64,000 bases of DNA, taken from Pristiophorus japonicus (taxonomy: Eukaryota). Below, in pieces: positions 50,525 to 62,600 of the stretch. The translations under genes and the position numbers were made by a program. The notes under the pieces are model-generated. The model searched no databases, had not been told where the DNA came from, and saw only the letters and a program-made list of their open reading frames with translations. The stretch spans positions 167,462,001 to 167,526,000 of the forward strand of contig NC_091982.1 in the NCBI RefSeq assembly GCF_044704955.1. Direction: 5' to 3'. The number at the start of each line of letters is the position of its first letter. Within the stretch, counting starts at the first letter, position 1.

Positions 50525-52949
50525 ATGGGTGGACAAAGGCGCGCAAAGCGCTTCAGCGAAGAGGCCAATGCTGCCCTGGTCTCTGAGGTGGAGAATCGAT
50601 GGGCCCAATTGACCCAGGGTGGTCATGGGAAACCACCCCCCAGGGTGAACCAGAGGATCTGGTCCGACATCGTGGAGGTCGTGTCGTTAACCATGCAAGA
50701 AGTGAAAGAGCCGAACCAGTGCCGCAAGTGATGGAACGATCTCGTTGGTTCCGGCAGTGCAGTGATAATAATAATAAAGATGATGTAAGTTTTATGTCTA
50801 TAGTGTACTTATGAATGACTCCACAAGGCAATATGTTGTACTTGAACTGTAGTGATCTTGGTCCTTTATTCCAAACTCCAGAGTGCTTTGCAAGCATGGT
50901 GTGTAGCCTTTTATACAGGGCCCTGCCACCAGGACAGGAAACCCCCCCGGTTCCAACCAGTTGCACACTCTAATGGTGCCAGCATGTACGTACACGGTGT
51001 GAACCTTATTGATAGTACATCAGGTAAACATCTTATACATTCTCAGTGACTAAACCGAGTGCATTCATAGTCAGCGTATACAACAATTAGAACTTAAGAA
51101 ATAGGAACAGGAGTAGGCCATATGGCCCTTCGAGCCTGCTCGGCCATTTAATAAGATCATGGCTGATCTGATCATGGACTCAGCTCCACTTCCCGCCCGC
51201 TCCCCATATATCCTTATCGTTTAAGAAACTGTCTATTTCTGTCTTAATGTCCCAGCTTCCACAGCTCTCTAGCAGCGAATTCCACAGATTTACAACCCTC
51301 CGAGAGAAGAAATTTCTCCTCATCTCTTAAATGGGCGGCCCCTTATTCTAAGATCATGCCCTCTAGTTCTAGTCTACCCCATCAGTGGAAATATCCTCTC
51401 TGCATCCACCTTGTCAAGCCCCCTCATAATCTTATACATTTTGATAAGATCACCTCTCATTCTTTTGAACACCAATGAATAGAGGCCCAACCTACTCAAC
51501 CTTTCCTCATAAGTCAATTACCTCATTCTCGGAATCAACCTAGTGAACCTACTCTGAACTGCCTCCAAAGCAAGTATATCCTTTTGTAAATATGGAAAGC
51601 AAAACTGCATTCAGTATTCCAGGTGTGGCCTCACCAATACCCTGTACAACTGTAGCAAGACTTCCCTGCTTTTATACTCCATCCCCTTTGCAATAAAGGC
51701 CAAGATACAATTGGCCTTCCTGATCACTTGCTGGACCTGCATATTAACCTTTTGTGTTTCATGCACAAGTACCCCCTCCCCCCCCCCCCCCCCCCAGTAT
51801 ATCTGTAATAGCACCTAGGCAATGATCTTTTGACATGTTCTTGTCACCTTTGCAGAAGAAGCTTTCGAAGAATTGCGCTGAGCAGAGGCGCACTGGTGGT
51901 GGACCAGGAGATATAAACCCGCTGACCGACATGGAAGAGTGGGCGATGGCCTTGGTGGGGGTCCACAACCAGTCAGCCACCCGTTGTGGTGCAGTGCCCG
52001 TTCTTGTGCCACGTGAGTACTGTATAAACCATTGGTGATTGAAAGTAATTTAATGCCATTTTCATATAATATATGATTGATGTAATGTTATGTAATGATA
52101 TGTAATTAATGATGGGATCATGAAATATCATTGTAATGCAATGCAGATTCTGTACTATCATGATGTTAATTATATGTGATGTCTCTCAGTATATTTATAG
52201 CAGTAGTGTTGCTCCTCATGCATATGCCTGCATAGCGTAAGCATTCTCATGTGACCCTAGCATCCCCTTCTCTTCTACAAACCTCATTTGTGTTCTCTAG
52301 GTCACCAGACCTTACGGGCTTTCCAGGTTCCCCAGGCTCATCAGTCTTTGCAGGATCCCCAGGTTCCCATGGTCGTGGTCACATCTGTTTTCTCCGGAGG
52401 TGAGGAGGCAAGAGCTTCTCCTGTACTTCTGCAGGTCCTCCTATCCATCGAGGATAGCGAGGAAGTGGAGGAGGAGCCTGCAGCTCTCTCGACATGTGTT
52501 CCTGCGGCCATGTCCTCTTCCACCGAAAAGGTAGCGGGGCCAAGCTCCTTACACCAGGGCACCCCAAGTAGTTCCATGCCTGCACCGACCCCTCGAAGGT
52601 TGGTTCAGCGAGGTCGGTCTGCTCAAGACCGGCAGATTTGAGTGTGGACATGGTGAATCTGTCCAGGATGAGCGTCAACATAGATCGAGAGCTCCTCCAG
52701 GCAATAGGCGGGTTAACTGGCCACATTGCCGCTCTAACAACAATCGTCTCGCAGGAGATGTCGCGGATGGGAGCGGTGATGGAGAAGATAGCCGAGTCCA
52801 TGGATGCCAGAGGGCAGGCAGTGGTCCTGGAATATGGCACTGCACCCCAAGGTGCGTACCGCCATTGCCACCGACACATGCGGGTCAGGAGGAAGTTCTC
52901 GCTTCTGATTCAGAGGACGTTTCCCTGGATGTCCCCAGCTGAGGTCTGA
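50525..52949 (+). pseudogene. Harbinger Myb/SANT-like DNA-binding protein, three exons, disrupted
   Basis: Exon 1 RAKRFSEEANAALVSEV...RIWSDIVEVV...QCRK*WNDL; exon 2 ~51855-52012 KKLSKNCAEQRRTGGGP...LTDMEE (ag/gtgagt); exon 3 from ~52301. Confidence 0.8.
51089..51771 (-). mobile_element. CR1 3' fragment in intron 1 of the Harbinger Myb gene
   Basis: CR1 3' UTR and RT end (QVQQVIRKANCILAFIAKG...RPHLEY). Confidence 0.9.
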
Positions 52950-53290
52950 AAGGAGCCCGATGCATAGAAAGAAAGTGCTGCAGTAACCTTGACCTCAATG
53001 GGCAATGCGATCCTGATGATGCTGTTAGGCTGCAGATCCCCCTTAATGAGCTGGCATATCTCACTGATGACCTCCTTTCAGAAGCGCAGCCTCCTAAGGC
53101 ATATGTTTTCGGACAAGTTCAGATAAGACCGCTTATCCCTGCAAATGCGTCGGGTGTAAGGTCTCCTCCTCCTCAGCAGTTTGCCACCTCTTTGATTGGG
53201 CACATAATGCTCTTCAATATACCTTCTCCCATCTCTATTCTGCAACATGTGAGTAGTTATCAATTCTGGCTGAGAAATTACAGGCCACAT
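52945..53290 (-). pseudogene. Harbinger transposase N-terminal fragment
   Basis: YLNLSENICLRRLRF*KEVISEICQLIKGDLQP...ALPIEVKVTAALSFYASGSFQ; the DDE core is deleted. Confidence 0.85.
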
Positions 53291-56200
53291 TACTATTACT
53301 AAATGCCCTATTTATATGTGTTCTGAATTATTAAATTATCCTCTAAAAACTCAATAAAAAATGCAAATTCTCCACAATATGATTAGATAGTTGTCAAGAG
53401 ATTTTAAATTACCTTAAACGCACACACGAATTACTTCAAAACGCCCATGAACTTGAAACAGCCTTTTATGAAAAGTCCTCTGAATTACAAAATGACTCCC
53501 ATACCATTGGGTTAATGTCAGGTGAGTGCAGCTTTTTTGAGCGTTTTTTTGGGCAAGTGATCCTTTGGGCACTATATGGGAGAGATGCTGAAAGTAACGC
53601 TCGGCGATATTCTGGCTGGTTTTGGATGTTAGTTTCCATTACAGTCTTCTGGGCGGTGCACGATTGCTGATGACATTTTTTTTTAAATGGGTGGGCGGTT
53701 CAGCTAATTCTCAGTGTTAACTTTATGCCAAAATTTATGCCGGTGATAAATGGGCGATAATTGGGCATTAATTTCCATTTTTATTGAAATATGGGCTTTA
53801 GACTAAATCTTAGCTGTTAAATGGGCGGTAACTGGGCAGTAGCGGGGCGAACCCGATGGAAAGTCTAGCCCCAAAACTGTAAGTAGTACTTCAGGTGTGG
53901 CCTCACCAACACCATGCACAATTATAGCAGGACTTCTCTGCTTTTATAATCCATCCCCCTTGCAACAAAGGCCAACAGTCCATTTGCCTTCCTGATTACT
54001 TGTTGTACCTGCATACTAACTAACTTTGTGCACAAGGAGCCCCAGGTCCCTCTGTACTGAAGCACTTTGCAATTTTTCTCAATTTAAATGATAATTTGCT
54101 TTTCTATTTTTTCTGCCAAAGTGGATAACCTCACATTTTCCCATGCTATACTCTATCTGCCAATTTTTTGCCCACTCACTTAGTCTATCTATATCCCTTT
54201 GCATATTTCTTGTGACCTCCTCACAATTTACTCTCCCACCCATCTTTGTATCATCAGCAAACTTGGCGACATTACACTCGGTCCCTTCATTCAAGTCATT
54301 AATATAGATTGTAAATAGTTGAGGACCCAGCACCGATCCCTGCGGCACCCCACTAATTACTGTTTGCCATCCGGAAAATGACCCATTTATCCTGACTCTC
54401 TGTTTTCTATTAGTTAGCTAATCCTCCAGCCATGCTAATATATTACCCCCAACCCAGTGAACTTTTATCTTGTGTGTGGCACCTTATCAAATGCCTTCTG
54501 GAAATCCAAATACACCACATCCATTGGCTCCCCCTTATCCACCCTGCTCATTACATCTTCAAAGAACTCCAGCAAATTTATGAAACATGAATTCCCTTTA
54601 ATAAAACTATGTTGACTCTGCTTGATTGAATTATGCTTTTCCAAATGTCCTGCTTCTGCTTCCTTAATAATGGACTCCAGCATTTTCCCAACGACAGATG
54701 TTAAAATCGCCCATGATTATTGCCGTTCCTTTTTTACAAGCCTCCATTATTTCTTGATTTATACTCCATCCAACTGTGTAGCTACTGTTAGGGGGCCTTT
54801 CGACTATGCCCACCAGCGACTTTTTCCCCTTAGTGTTCCTCATCACCGCCCAAACTGATTCAACATCTTGATCTTCTGAGCCAATATGTTTCTCACTAAC
54901 ACACTGATCTCATCCTTTAACAACAGAACTACCCCACCTCCTTTTCCTGTCCCTGTCTGTCTGTCTGTCTTTCCGAATGGTCAAATACACCTGAATATTT
55001 AGTTCCCAGTTTTAGTTCACCTTGCAACCACATCTCGGTAATGGCTATCAGATCATACCCATTTCTATCTATTTGTGCTGTTAGCTCATCTATTTTGTTA
55101 CGAATGCTGCGTGCATTCAGATAAAAAGCTTTTAAATTTGTTTTTTTAGCATTTTTTCCTGCTTTGACCCCACTTTCATGTTTGTAAAGCCTGTCTCTTC
55201 CGGTCATGCTCTGGTTTTCATTTTCCCCAGTGCTACCCTGTTTATTGCCTTCTCCTTTGACTTTTTAAATTTCCACTCACCTCAACCCTCCCCCCCACTA
55301 ATTAGTTTAAAACCCTCTCTACAGCCCTAGTTATTCGGTTCACCAGGACCCTAGTCCCAGCATGGTCCAAGTGGAGCCCGTCCCAACAGAACAGCTCCCT
55401 CTTACCCCAGTACTGGTGCCAGTGTCCCACGAACCAAAACCCATTTCTCCCACACCAGTCTTTGAGCCACGTGCTTTACTCTCTGATCTTATTTATCCTA
55501 TGCAAATTTGCTTGTGGCTCAGGTAGTAATCCAGAAATTATTATCTTTGTGGTTCTGCTTTTTAATTTGGACCATAGCTGCTCATAATCCCTCAGCAGAA
55601 CCTCTTTGTTTGTCCAGCTATGTCGTTGGTACCCACGTGGACCACGGCAACTGGATCTTCCCCCTCCCACACCAAGTTCCTCTCTAGCCCGTGGCTGCAG
55701 AGAACTGTATCTATCCCACTAATGAAACTGTCCCCTACCACTACAATGTTTCTTTTAACTCCCCCCACTTGAATGGCCCCCTGTACCACGGTGCTGTGGT
55801 CAGTTTGCTCATTCTCCCTGCAGTCCCTGCTCTCGGCCACACAGGAAGCAAGAGCCTCGAACCTGTTGGACAAGAGCAAGGGCCGCGGCTCCTCCATCAC
55901 TACATCCCGAGTCCCTTCCTCACTTGTAGTTACACTCTCCTGTCCCTGACCACGGATCAAATTTGAATTAATTAATCTAATTGGTGTGACTAGCTCCTGG
56001 ATCGCGGCATCCAGGTAACTCTTCCCCCTCCCTGATGTGTCGCAGTGTCTGCAGCTCGGACTCCAGCTCATCAACACAGATCCGAAGTTCCTCGAGCTAC
56101 AGATGTGGTCGCTGTCGACCTCAATGGAGTCCATCAGCTCCCACCTGCAACAGCAGAAACACACCACCTGCCCTGCCATCTCTAATGTATTCAATTAGTT

Positions 56201-56534
56201 AAGATTTGAAGATTTGAACGTTTAGTTTATAATCCCAGCTCTTAATTTAAACCAATGCCCAAGAAAAGAGAGAAAAACTGACCAAACAAACCAACCCAGC
56301 AGTTAGTGAAATATCACTTACCTATTTTTACTTTTTGAATTGATTTTAATCTTCGCCCTCTTCACTGAATTCCCATTCTTTCCAAAATCCCGAATAAACC
56401 ACTCTGTTTAACGCCATCCCACTTAAGACCTTTGTACAGATCACTCTGTGCTCTGAAAAACTGTTGGCTTTTATACCCTTCGGATCAACACTCAATTTAC
56501 AAGTGTTGGCTTAGCCACCTTTTGTCTGTGTTGT

Positions 56535-56723
56535 TGATGCCAGTTCATTGGATATATGCAAGAGGGAGTTAGATATGGCCCTTACAGCTAAAGGGACCAA
56601 GGGGTATGGAGAGAAAGCAGGAAAGAGGTACTAAGGTGAATGATCAGCCATGATCTTATTGAATGGTGGTGCAGGCTCGAAAAGCCGAATGGCCTACTCC
56701 TGCACTTATTTTCTATGATTCTA
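56535..56723 (+). mobile_element. Short CR1 3' tail
   Basis: CR1 3' UTR ending ttctatgattcta; the tail continues after 58697. Confidence 0.8.
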
Positions 56724-58697
56724 TGGCCGCAAGTTTCCACACGTGGTGAAAAAGGCGCACCTCAGAGCTGGGCGCCTGTTTTTTGCGCCGAAAACGGCGC
56801 CGGAAAAAAAGTGCGGTATTCTCGAGCTCCTTGGAGCTCGATGTCTGCTTGGCGCGGCGCACAGGGGGCGGAGCCTACCACTCGCGCCGATTTTGTAAGT
56901 AGGAGGGAGCGGGTACAATTGAAATGAGGCTTCTTGGTGCCGGCAACCCTATGCGTGCGCGTTGGAGCGTTCGCGCACGCGCAGTCTGAAGTAAACATTG
57001 GCACTCGGCCATTTTTAAAAGTGCTGCAGAAAAAGTGAAGATTTGTTTCTTGGACCCCTGCAAAGGCTTGTATTTTAATTTTCTTGATATTTCTGTGTGT
57101 GAGGGAGTGCTTTTAGCAGCACTGCTGAATAAATCACCTGCTGAAATCAGTGAGTTCAGCTTTTCACTGCTAAACTTGCAGAACCGGTGCCTGCAAATTA
57201 AGGACTGTGTGTTTGGAGAAATAAGAGTGCCAATTCAACTTTGCAATGGATCAAACCATTGCATAATATGTGGTGTTGACAATGCAGCACCCATTCTGCA
57301 AATTTAAATATAAAACTGTCTATGTGGCTGCCTCTCCCTGTCCAAATGGCCTCAGTCCCCCTCACAGCTCAAAGGCTGCTGCTGTATCTTTGGCTGCCGG
57401 CCAGCCACTGACGCCGCCCCTAAAGCGTGGCCGAATGGCCTCAACATAGAAACATAGAAACATAGAAAATAGGTGCAGGAGCAGGCCATTCAGCCCTTCT
57501 AGCCTGCACCGCCATTCAATGAGTTCATGGCTGAACATGAAACTTCAGTACCCCCTTCCTGCTTTCTCGCCATAACCCTTGATCCCCCGAGTAGTAAGGA
57601 CTTCATCTAACTCCCTTTTGAATATATTTAGTGAATTGGCCTCAACTACTTTCTGTGGTAGAGAATTCCACAGGTTCACCACTCTCTGGGTGAAGAAGTT
57701 TCTCCTCATCTCGGTCCTAAATGGCTTACCCCTTATCCTCAGACTGTGACCCCTGGTTCTGGACTTCCCCAACATTGGGAACATTCTTTCTGCATCTAAC
57801 CTGTCTAAACCCGTCAGAATTTTAAACGTTTCTATGAGGTCCCCTCTCATTCTTCTGAACTCCAGTGAATACAAGCCCAGTTGATCCAATCTTTCTTGAG
57901 AACCTTAATGAGCTGCGTGTGTCCTGTGTTCATTCTTCGGCTCCCAGCCAGCTACTAACGCCGCTGCAATCCCATGGCCGAATGGCCTCAAGTCCGTCCG
58001 GGTGCTGCATCTTCGCGGGGAATGAAGGCCTGCCTCAAGCACCGCAGCTCAGCTCGAAGGCTGCTTGCTGCCTGCCGCTGCCGTCGAGACAAGACACTGA
58101 CGCCACACCGCTGCCTGTCTCCAACATGAAAGGCCTGCCTCAAGCACTGCAGCTCAGCTCGAAGGCTGCTTGCTGCCGTTGCCGTCGAGACACTGACGCC
58201 ACACCGCTGCCTGAAAGGCCTGCCTGAAGCACTTTCACACAGGTAGGAACATGGTTTATTTAATCTTTTCTTTGCTTATAAATTTTTATTCAGGTTGGAT
58301 TTATTTGTATAATATTTGTATAAGTATAACTAAGGATTGATTGTAGAATTTAATGACTTCCCTTCCCCTCCCTCCCCCCCCCACCTCGTTCCCGACGCCT
58401 AATTTGTAACCTGCGCCTGACTTTTTAAAGTGTAGACAAGGTTTCTTCAAGCGTACAAAAATCTTCACTTGCTCCAAGTTAGTTTGGAGTACGTTTTCAC
58501 CGTGGAAACTTTCAAATCAGGCGTCAGTGGCCAGACACGCCCCCTTTTGAAAAAAAAATTCTGTTCCAAAGTGAAACTGTTCTACCTGACTAGAACTGCA
58601 GAAAACTAAATGTGGAGAATTCCGATTTCTAAGATACTCCGTTCTATACCAGTTGCTCCTAAAAATCAGGAGCAAATCATGTGGAAACTTGGGGCCT
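56724..58697. mobile_element. Non-autonomous TIR element (Harbinger-like) with internal tandem repeats
   Basis: Termini tggccgcaagtttccacacg / catgtggaaacttggggcct; ~100-bp direct repeats at ~58023-58115 and ~58127-58215. Confidence 0.75.
57444..57900 (-). mobile_element. Young CR1 3' fragment
   Basis: ORF 57545-57889 is nearly identical to the CR1 at 240-697; (TTTCTATG)n tail. Confidence 0.95.
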
Positions 58698-58799
58698 GTG
58701 ATTCTATTTTAGACAAACAATTTCAGCTGACTGATAGTTAACTGCCACTGGCAGGCAACTTCTGTTACCTACAGTTTTAAAGTTCTAGGTTTAATATTC

Positions 58800-59629
58800 T
58801 AGGAGTATAATATTGGAAAGTGTGAGGTCATGCACTTTGGCAGAAAAAAATCAAAGAGCAAGTTATTATTTAAATGGAGAAAGATTGCAAAGTGCTGTAG
58901 TACAGCGGGACCTGGGGGTACTTGTGCATGAAACACAAAAGGTTAGTATGTAGGTACAGCAAGTGATCAGGAAGGCCAATGGTATCTTGGTCTTTATTGC
59001 AAAGGGGATGGAGTATAAAAGCAGGGAAGTCTTGCTACAGTTATACAGGGTATTGGTGAGGCCACATCTGGAATACTGCGTGCAGTTTTGCTTTCCATAT
59101 TTACGAAAGGGTATACTTACTTTGGAGGCAGTTCAGAGAAAGTTCAATAGGTTGATTCCGGAGATGAGGGGTCTGACTTATGACGAGAGGTTGAGTAGTT
59201 TGGGCCTCTACTCATTGGCGTTCAAAAGAATGAGAGGTGATCTTATCGAAACGTATAAGATTATGAGGGAGCTTAACAAGGTGGATGCAGAGAGGATGTT
59301 TCCTCTGATAGGGGAGATTAGAACTAGAGGGCATAATCTTAGAATAAGGGGTCACCCAATTAAAACTGAGATGAGGAGAAATTTCTTCTCTCAGAGGGTC
59401 GTGGATCTGTGGAATTTGCTGCCTCAGAGAGCTGTGGAAGCTGAGACATTGAATAAATTTAAGACAGAAATAGACAGTTTCTTAAACAATAAGGGAATAA
59501 GGGGTTATGGAGAGCGGGCAGGGAAGTGGAGCTGAGTCCATGATCCGATCAGCCATGATCATTTTAAATGGCGGAGCAGGCTCGAGGGGCCATATGGCCT
59601 ACTCCTGCTCCTATTTCTTATGTCCTTAT
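58800..59629 (+). mobile_element. CR1 3' fragment
   Basis: ORF 58963-59535 encodes the CR1 RT C-terminus; followed by 3' UTR and tail. Confidence 0.95.
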
Positions 59630-62600
59630 TGATGCGTTCATAATAAAGGATGAAACTGAGTACTGTGTACAATGAGCAAGTGTGACCTTAGCTCCTTTAA
59701 TAAGACTCTAGAGTGCAGGTACCTCGTGGGTGGCCCAGTGCTCCCAAGGGATGCTGGGATCCCTTGGGACTCCAGAGGTAGGCCCTCTGATGGTGGTGTG
59801 ATACAGGTTGCAAGGGGTTAAATACATAACATCACTCCCTCATAAAGTTAATAGTACACTTATTTACAAGGTGAGACGATCTGGTGCTTTTCGCTCCCTT
59901 GTCGATCGTCTTGGTACAAATGTGGGTGTGGGTGAGTTGGTTAGTTCTTCACTGGGCTGCTGGGCAGCCGGCCTTGCTGGGCTGCTGGGGATGTTGTGTT
60001 TGGCTTCATGGTCAACCATGGTTGCCACTTGTGTGTGTTGTGGAGGGTCAAAGTTGGTGGTGTCTTCTTCGGGTTGTTCGTAGCTGTTGATGAACCGCAA
60101 TTTGATTTGGTCCAAATGTTTTCTGCACATTAGTCCATTGGCTAATTTGACCTGAAACACCCTACTCCCCTCTTTGGCTATGACCGTGCCAGTGAGCCAT
60201 TTGGGACCGTGTCCATAATTGAGTACAAACACAGGATCATTGACCTCAATATCGTGTGACAAATTTGCATGATCATGGCACATGCTTTGTTGATGCTGCC
60301 TGCCCTCCACATGATCATGGAAATCAGGGTGGACAAGAGAGAGCCTTGTTTTGAGCGCCCTTTTCATGAGCAGTTTGGCTGGGGGATCCCCGGTGAGTGA
60401 GTGGGGTCTGGTGCGGTAGCTGAGCAGCACTCGGGACAGTCGGGTCTGCAGGGAGCCTTCCGACACGCGTTTCAAGCTTTGCTTGATGGTCTGAACTGCC
60501 CATTCTGCCTGGCCGTTGGATGCGGGCTTGAACGGGGCAGATGTGACGTGCTTGATCCCATTGCGGGTCATGAATTCCTTGAAGTCAGCACTGGTGAAAC
60601 ATGGCCCATTGTCGCTGACTAGGACATCAGGCAGGTCGTGCGTGGCAGACATGGCTCGTAGGCTTTCAGTGGTGGCTGTGGACGTGCTTACAGACATTAT
60701 CGCACATTCAATCCATTTTGAGTAAGCACCCACGACAACCAAGAGTCTTTTGCCTAGAAATGGGCCCGCATAGTCCATGTGGATCCTCGACCACGGTTTG
60801 GAGGGCCACGACCACAAACTTAGCGATGCCTCTCTGGGTGCAATGCTCAGCTGAGAGCAAGTATTGCACTGGCGCACGCATGACTCTAAATCTGAGTCGA
60901 TGCCGGGCCACCACACATGGGATCTGGCTATGGCTTTCATCATTACAATGCCTGGGTGGGTGCTGTGCAGTTCACAGATGAACGTATCTCTGCCTTTCTT
61001 GGGCAAGACCACGCGACCCCACAACAGACAATCCGCCTGCAGGGACATTTCATCTTTGCGCCGCTGGAACGGCTTAATTACCTCCTGCATCTCGGCTGGG
61101 AGGTTGGACCAGCTCCCATGGAGGACACAGCTTTTTACCAAGGGCAGTAAAGGATCCTGGCTGGTCCAGGTCCTAATCTGGTGGGCCGTAATGGGTGACT
61201 TTTCATTTTCGAATGCATCCATTACCATGAGCAAGTCCGCAGGCTGTGCCATTTCCACTCCGGTAGTGGGCAATGGTAGCCAACTGAGAGCATCAGTGCA
61301 GTTCTCTGTGCCCGGTCTGTGGTGGATTACATAGTTGTATGCCGACAGTGTGAGCGCCCATCTTTGGATGCGGGCAGAGGCATTGGTGTTAATCCCTTTG
61401 CTCGCAGAGAACAGCGATATGAGCGGCTTGTGGTCAGTTTCAAGCTCAAACTTGAGGCCAAACAAGTCCTGGTGCTTTTTTTTTACCCCGTAAACGCACG
61501 CCAGAGCCTCTTTTTCAATCATGCTGTCGGCCCTTTCAGCCTTGGACAAACTCCTGGACGCATAAGCGACCGGTTGCAAAATCCCCGATTCGTTAGCCTG
61601 TTGTAACACACACCCGACCCCGTATGACGACGTAGCGCAAGCTAGCACTAATCGTTTACAAGGATTATACAGGACAAGCAGTTTTTTTGAACACAACAGA
61701 TTTCTGGCTTTCTCAAAGGCAGCCTCTTGTGAATTCCCCCATACCCAGTCATCCCCCTTGCGCAGTAGCACATGAAGGGGTTCTAGCAGGGTGCTTAACC
61801 CAGGTAGGAAATTACCAAAATAATTAAAGAGTCCCAGGAACGACCGCAACTCCGTCACGTTCTGTAGTCTTGGTGCGTTCTTGATGGCCTCTGTCTTGGC
61901 GTTGGTGGGCCTGATGCTGTCTGTTGCGATTCTTCTTCCCAAGAATTCGACCTCTGGTGCCAGGAAAATATACTTCGAGCGTTTCAACCTGAGTCCCACG
62001 CGATCCAACCGACTAAGAACCTCTTCCAGATTCTTCAAGTGTTCAATGGTGTCCCGACCTGTAACCAGTATGTCGTCCTGGAAAACCACGGTGCGAGGAA
62101 CCGACTTTAGCAGGCTCTCCATGTTCCGTTGGAAGATTGCCACGGCTGACCGAATCCCGAACAAGCATCTGTTATAGATCAACAGACCTTTGTGCGTGTT
62201 GATGCAGATGAGGCCTTTTGAAAACTCCTCCAGCTCCTGCATCATGTAGGCCGAGGTCAGGTCCAACTTGGTGAACGTCTTCCCTCCAGCCAGGGTCGCA
62301 AATAGGTCGTCTGCCTTGGGTAGCGGGTGCTGCTCCTGCAGTGAGGAGCGGTTAATCATTACTTTATAGTCCCCACAAATTCTGGCCATGCCGTCACCTT
62401 TGAGAACTAGGACAATTGGACTGGCCCACTTGTTGAATTCCACAGGCGCGATGATGCCTTCTCACTACGGCCTGTCCAGCTCAATTTCCATTTTCTCACA
62501 CATCATATATGGTACCGCCTGTGCCTTGTGGTGGATGGGTCGCGTACTGGGAACCAAATGGATCTGCACTTTCGCCCCCGAGCAGCTTCCAATGCCTGGC

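Larger units (their letters stand above)
50113..53871. mobile_element. PIF/Harbinger transposon (Myb/SANT gene on +, truncated transposase on -)
   Basis: TIRs ggactagactttgc / ggaaagtctagccc; CAA TSD at 50110-50112 and 53872-53874; host CR1 is continuous across it. Confidence 0.92.
49611..56530 (-). mobile_element. Near full-length, internally deleted CR1 LINE
   Basis: ORF1 zinc finger and SGNH esterase motifs (VVVGDSF, VHVGTNDI), APE (YLNARSIRNK...AITE, IMGDFN), RT (PQGSVLGP, KFADDT), 3' tail at ~49611; APE joins RT directly near 54700. Confidence 0.92.

Noticed and set aside
57444-57900. Near-identical inverted match to 240-697, suggesting a 57-kb inverted structure
   Set aside because: Both are 3' ends of the same young CR1 subfamily with unrelated flanks.
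58023-58230. Direct repeats resembling a CRISPR or other array
   Set aside because: Internal tandem duplications of a TIR element in a vertebrate genome; no repeat-spacer structure and no cas genes.
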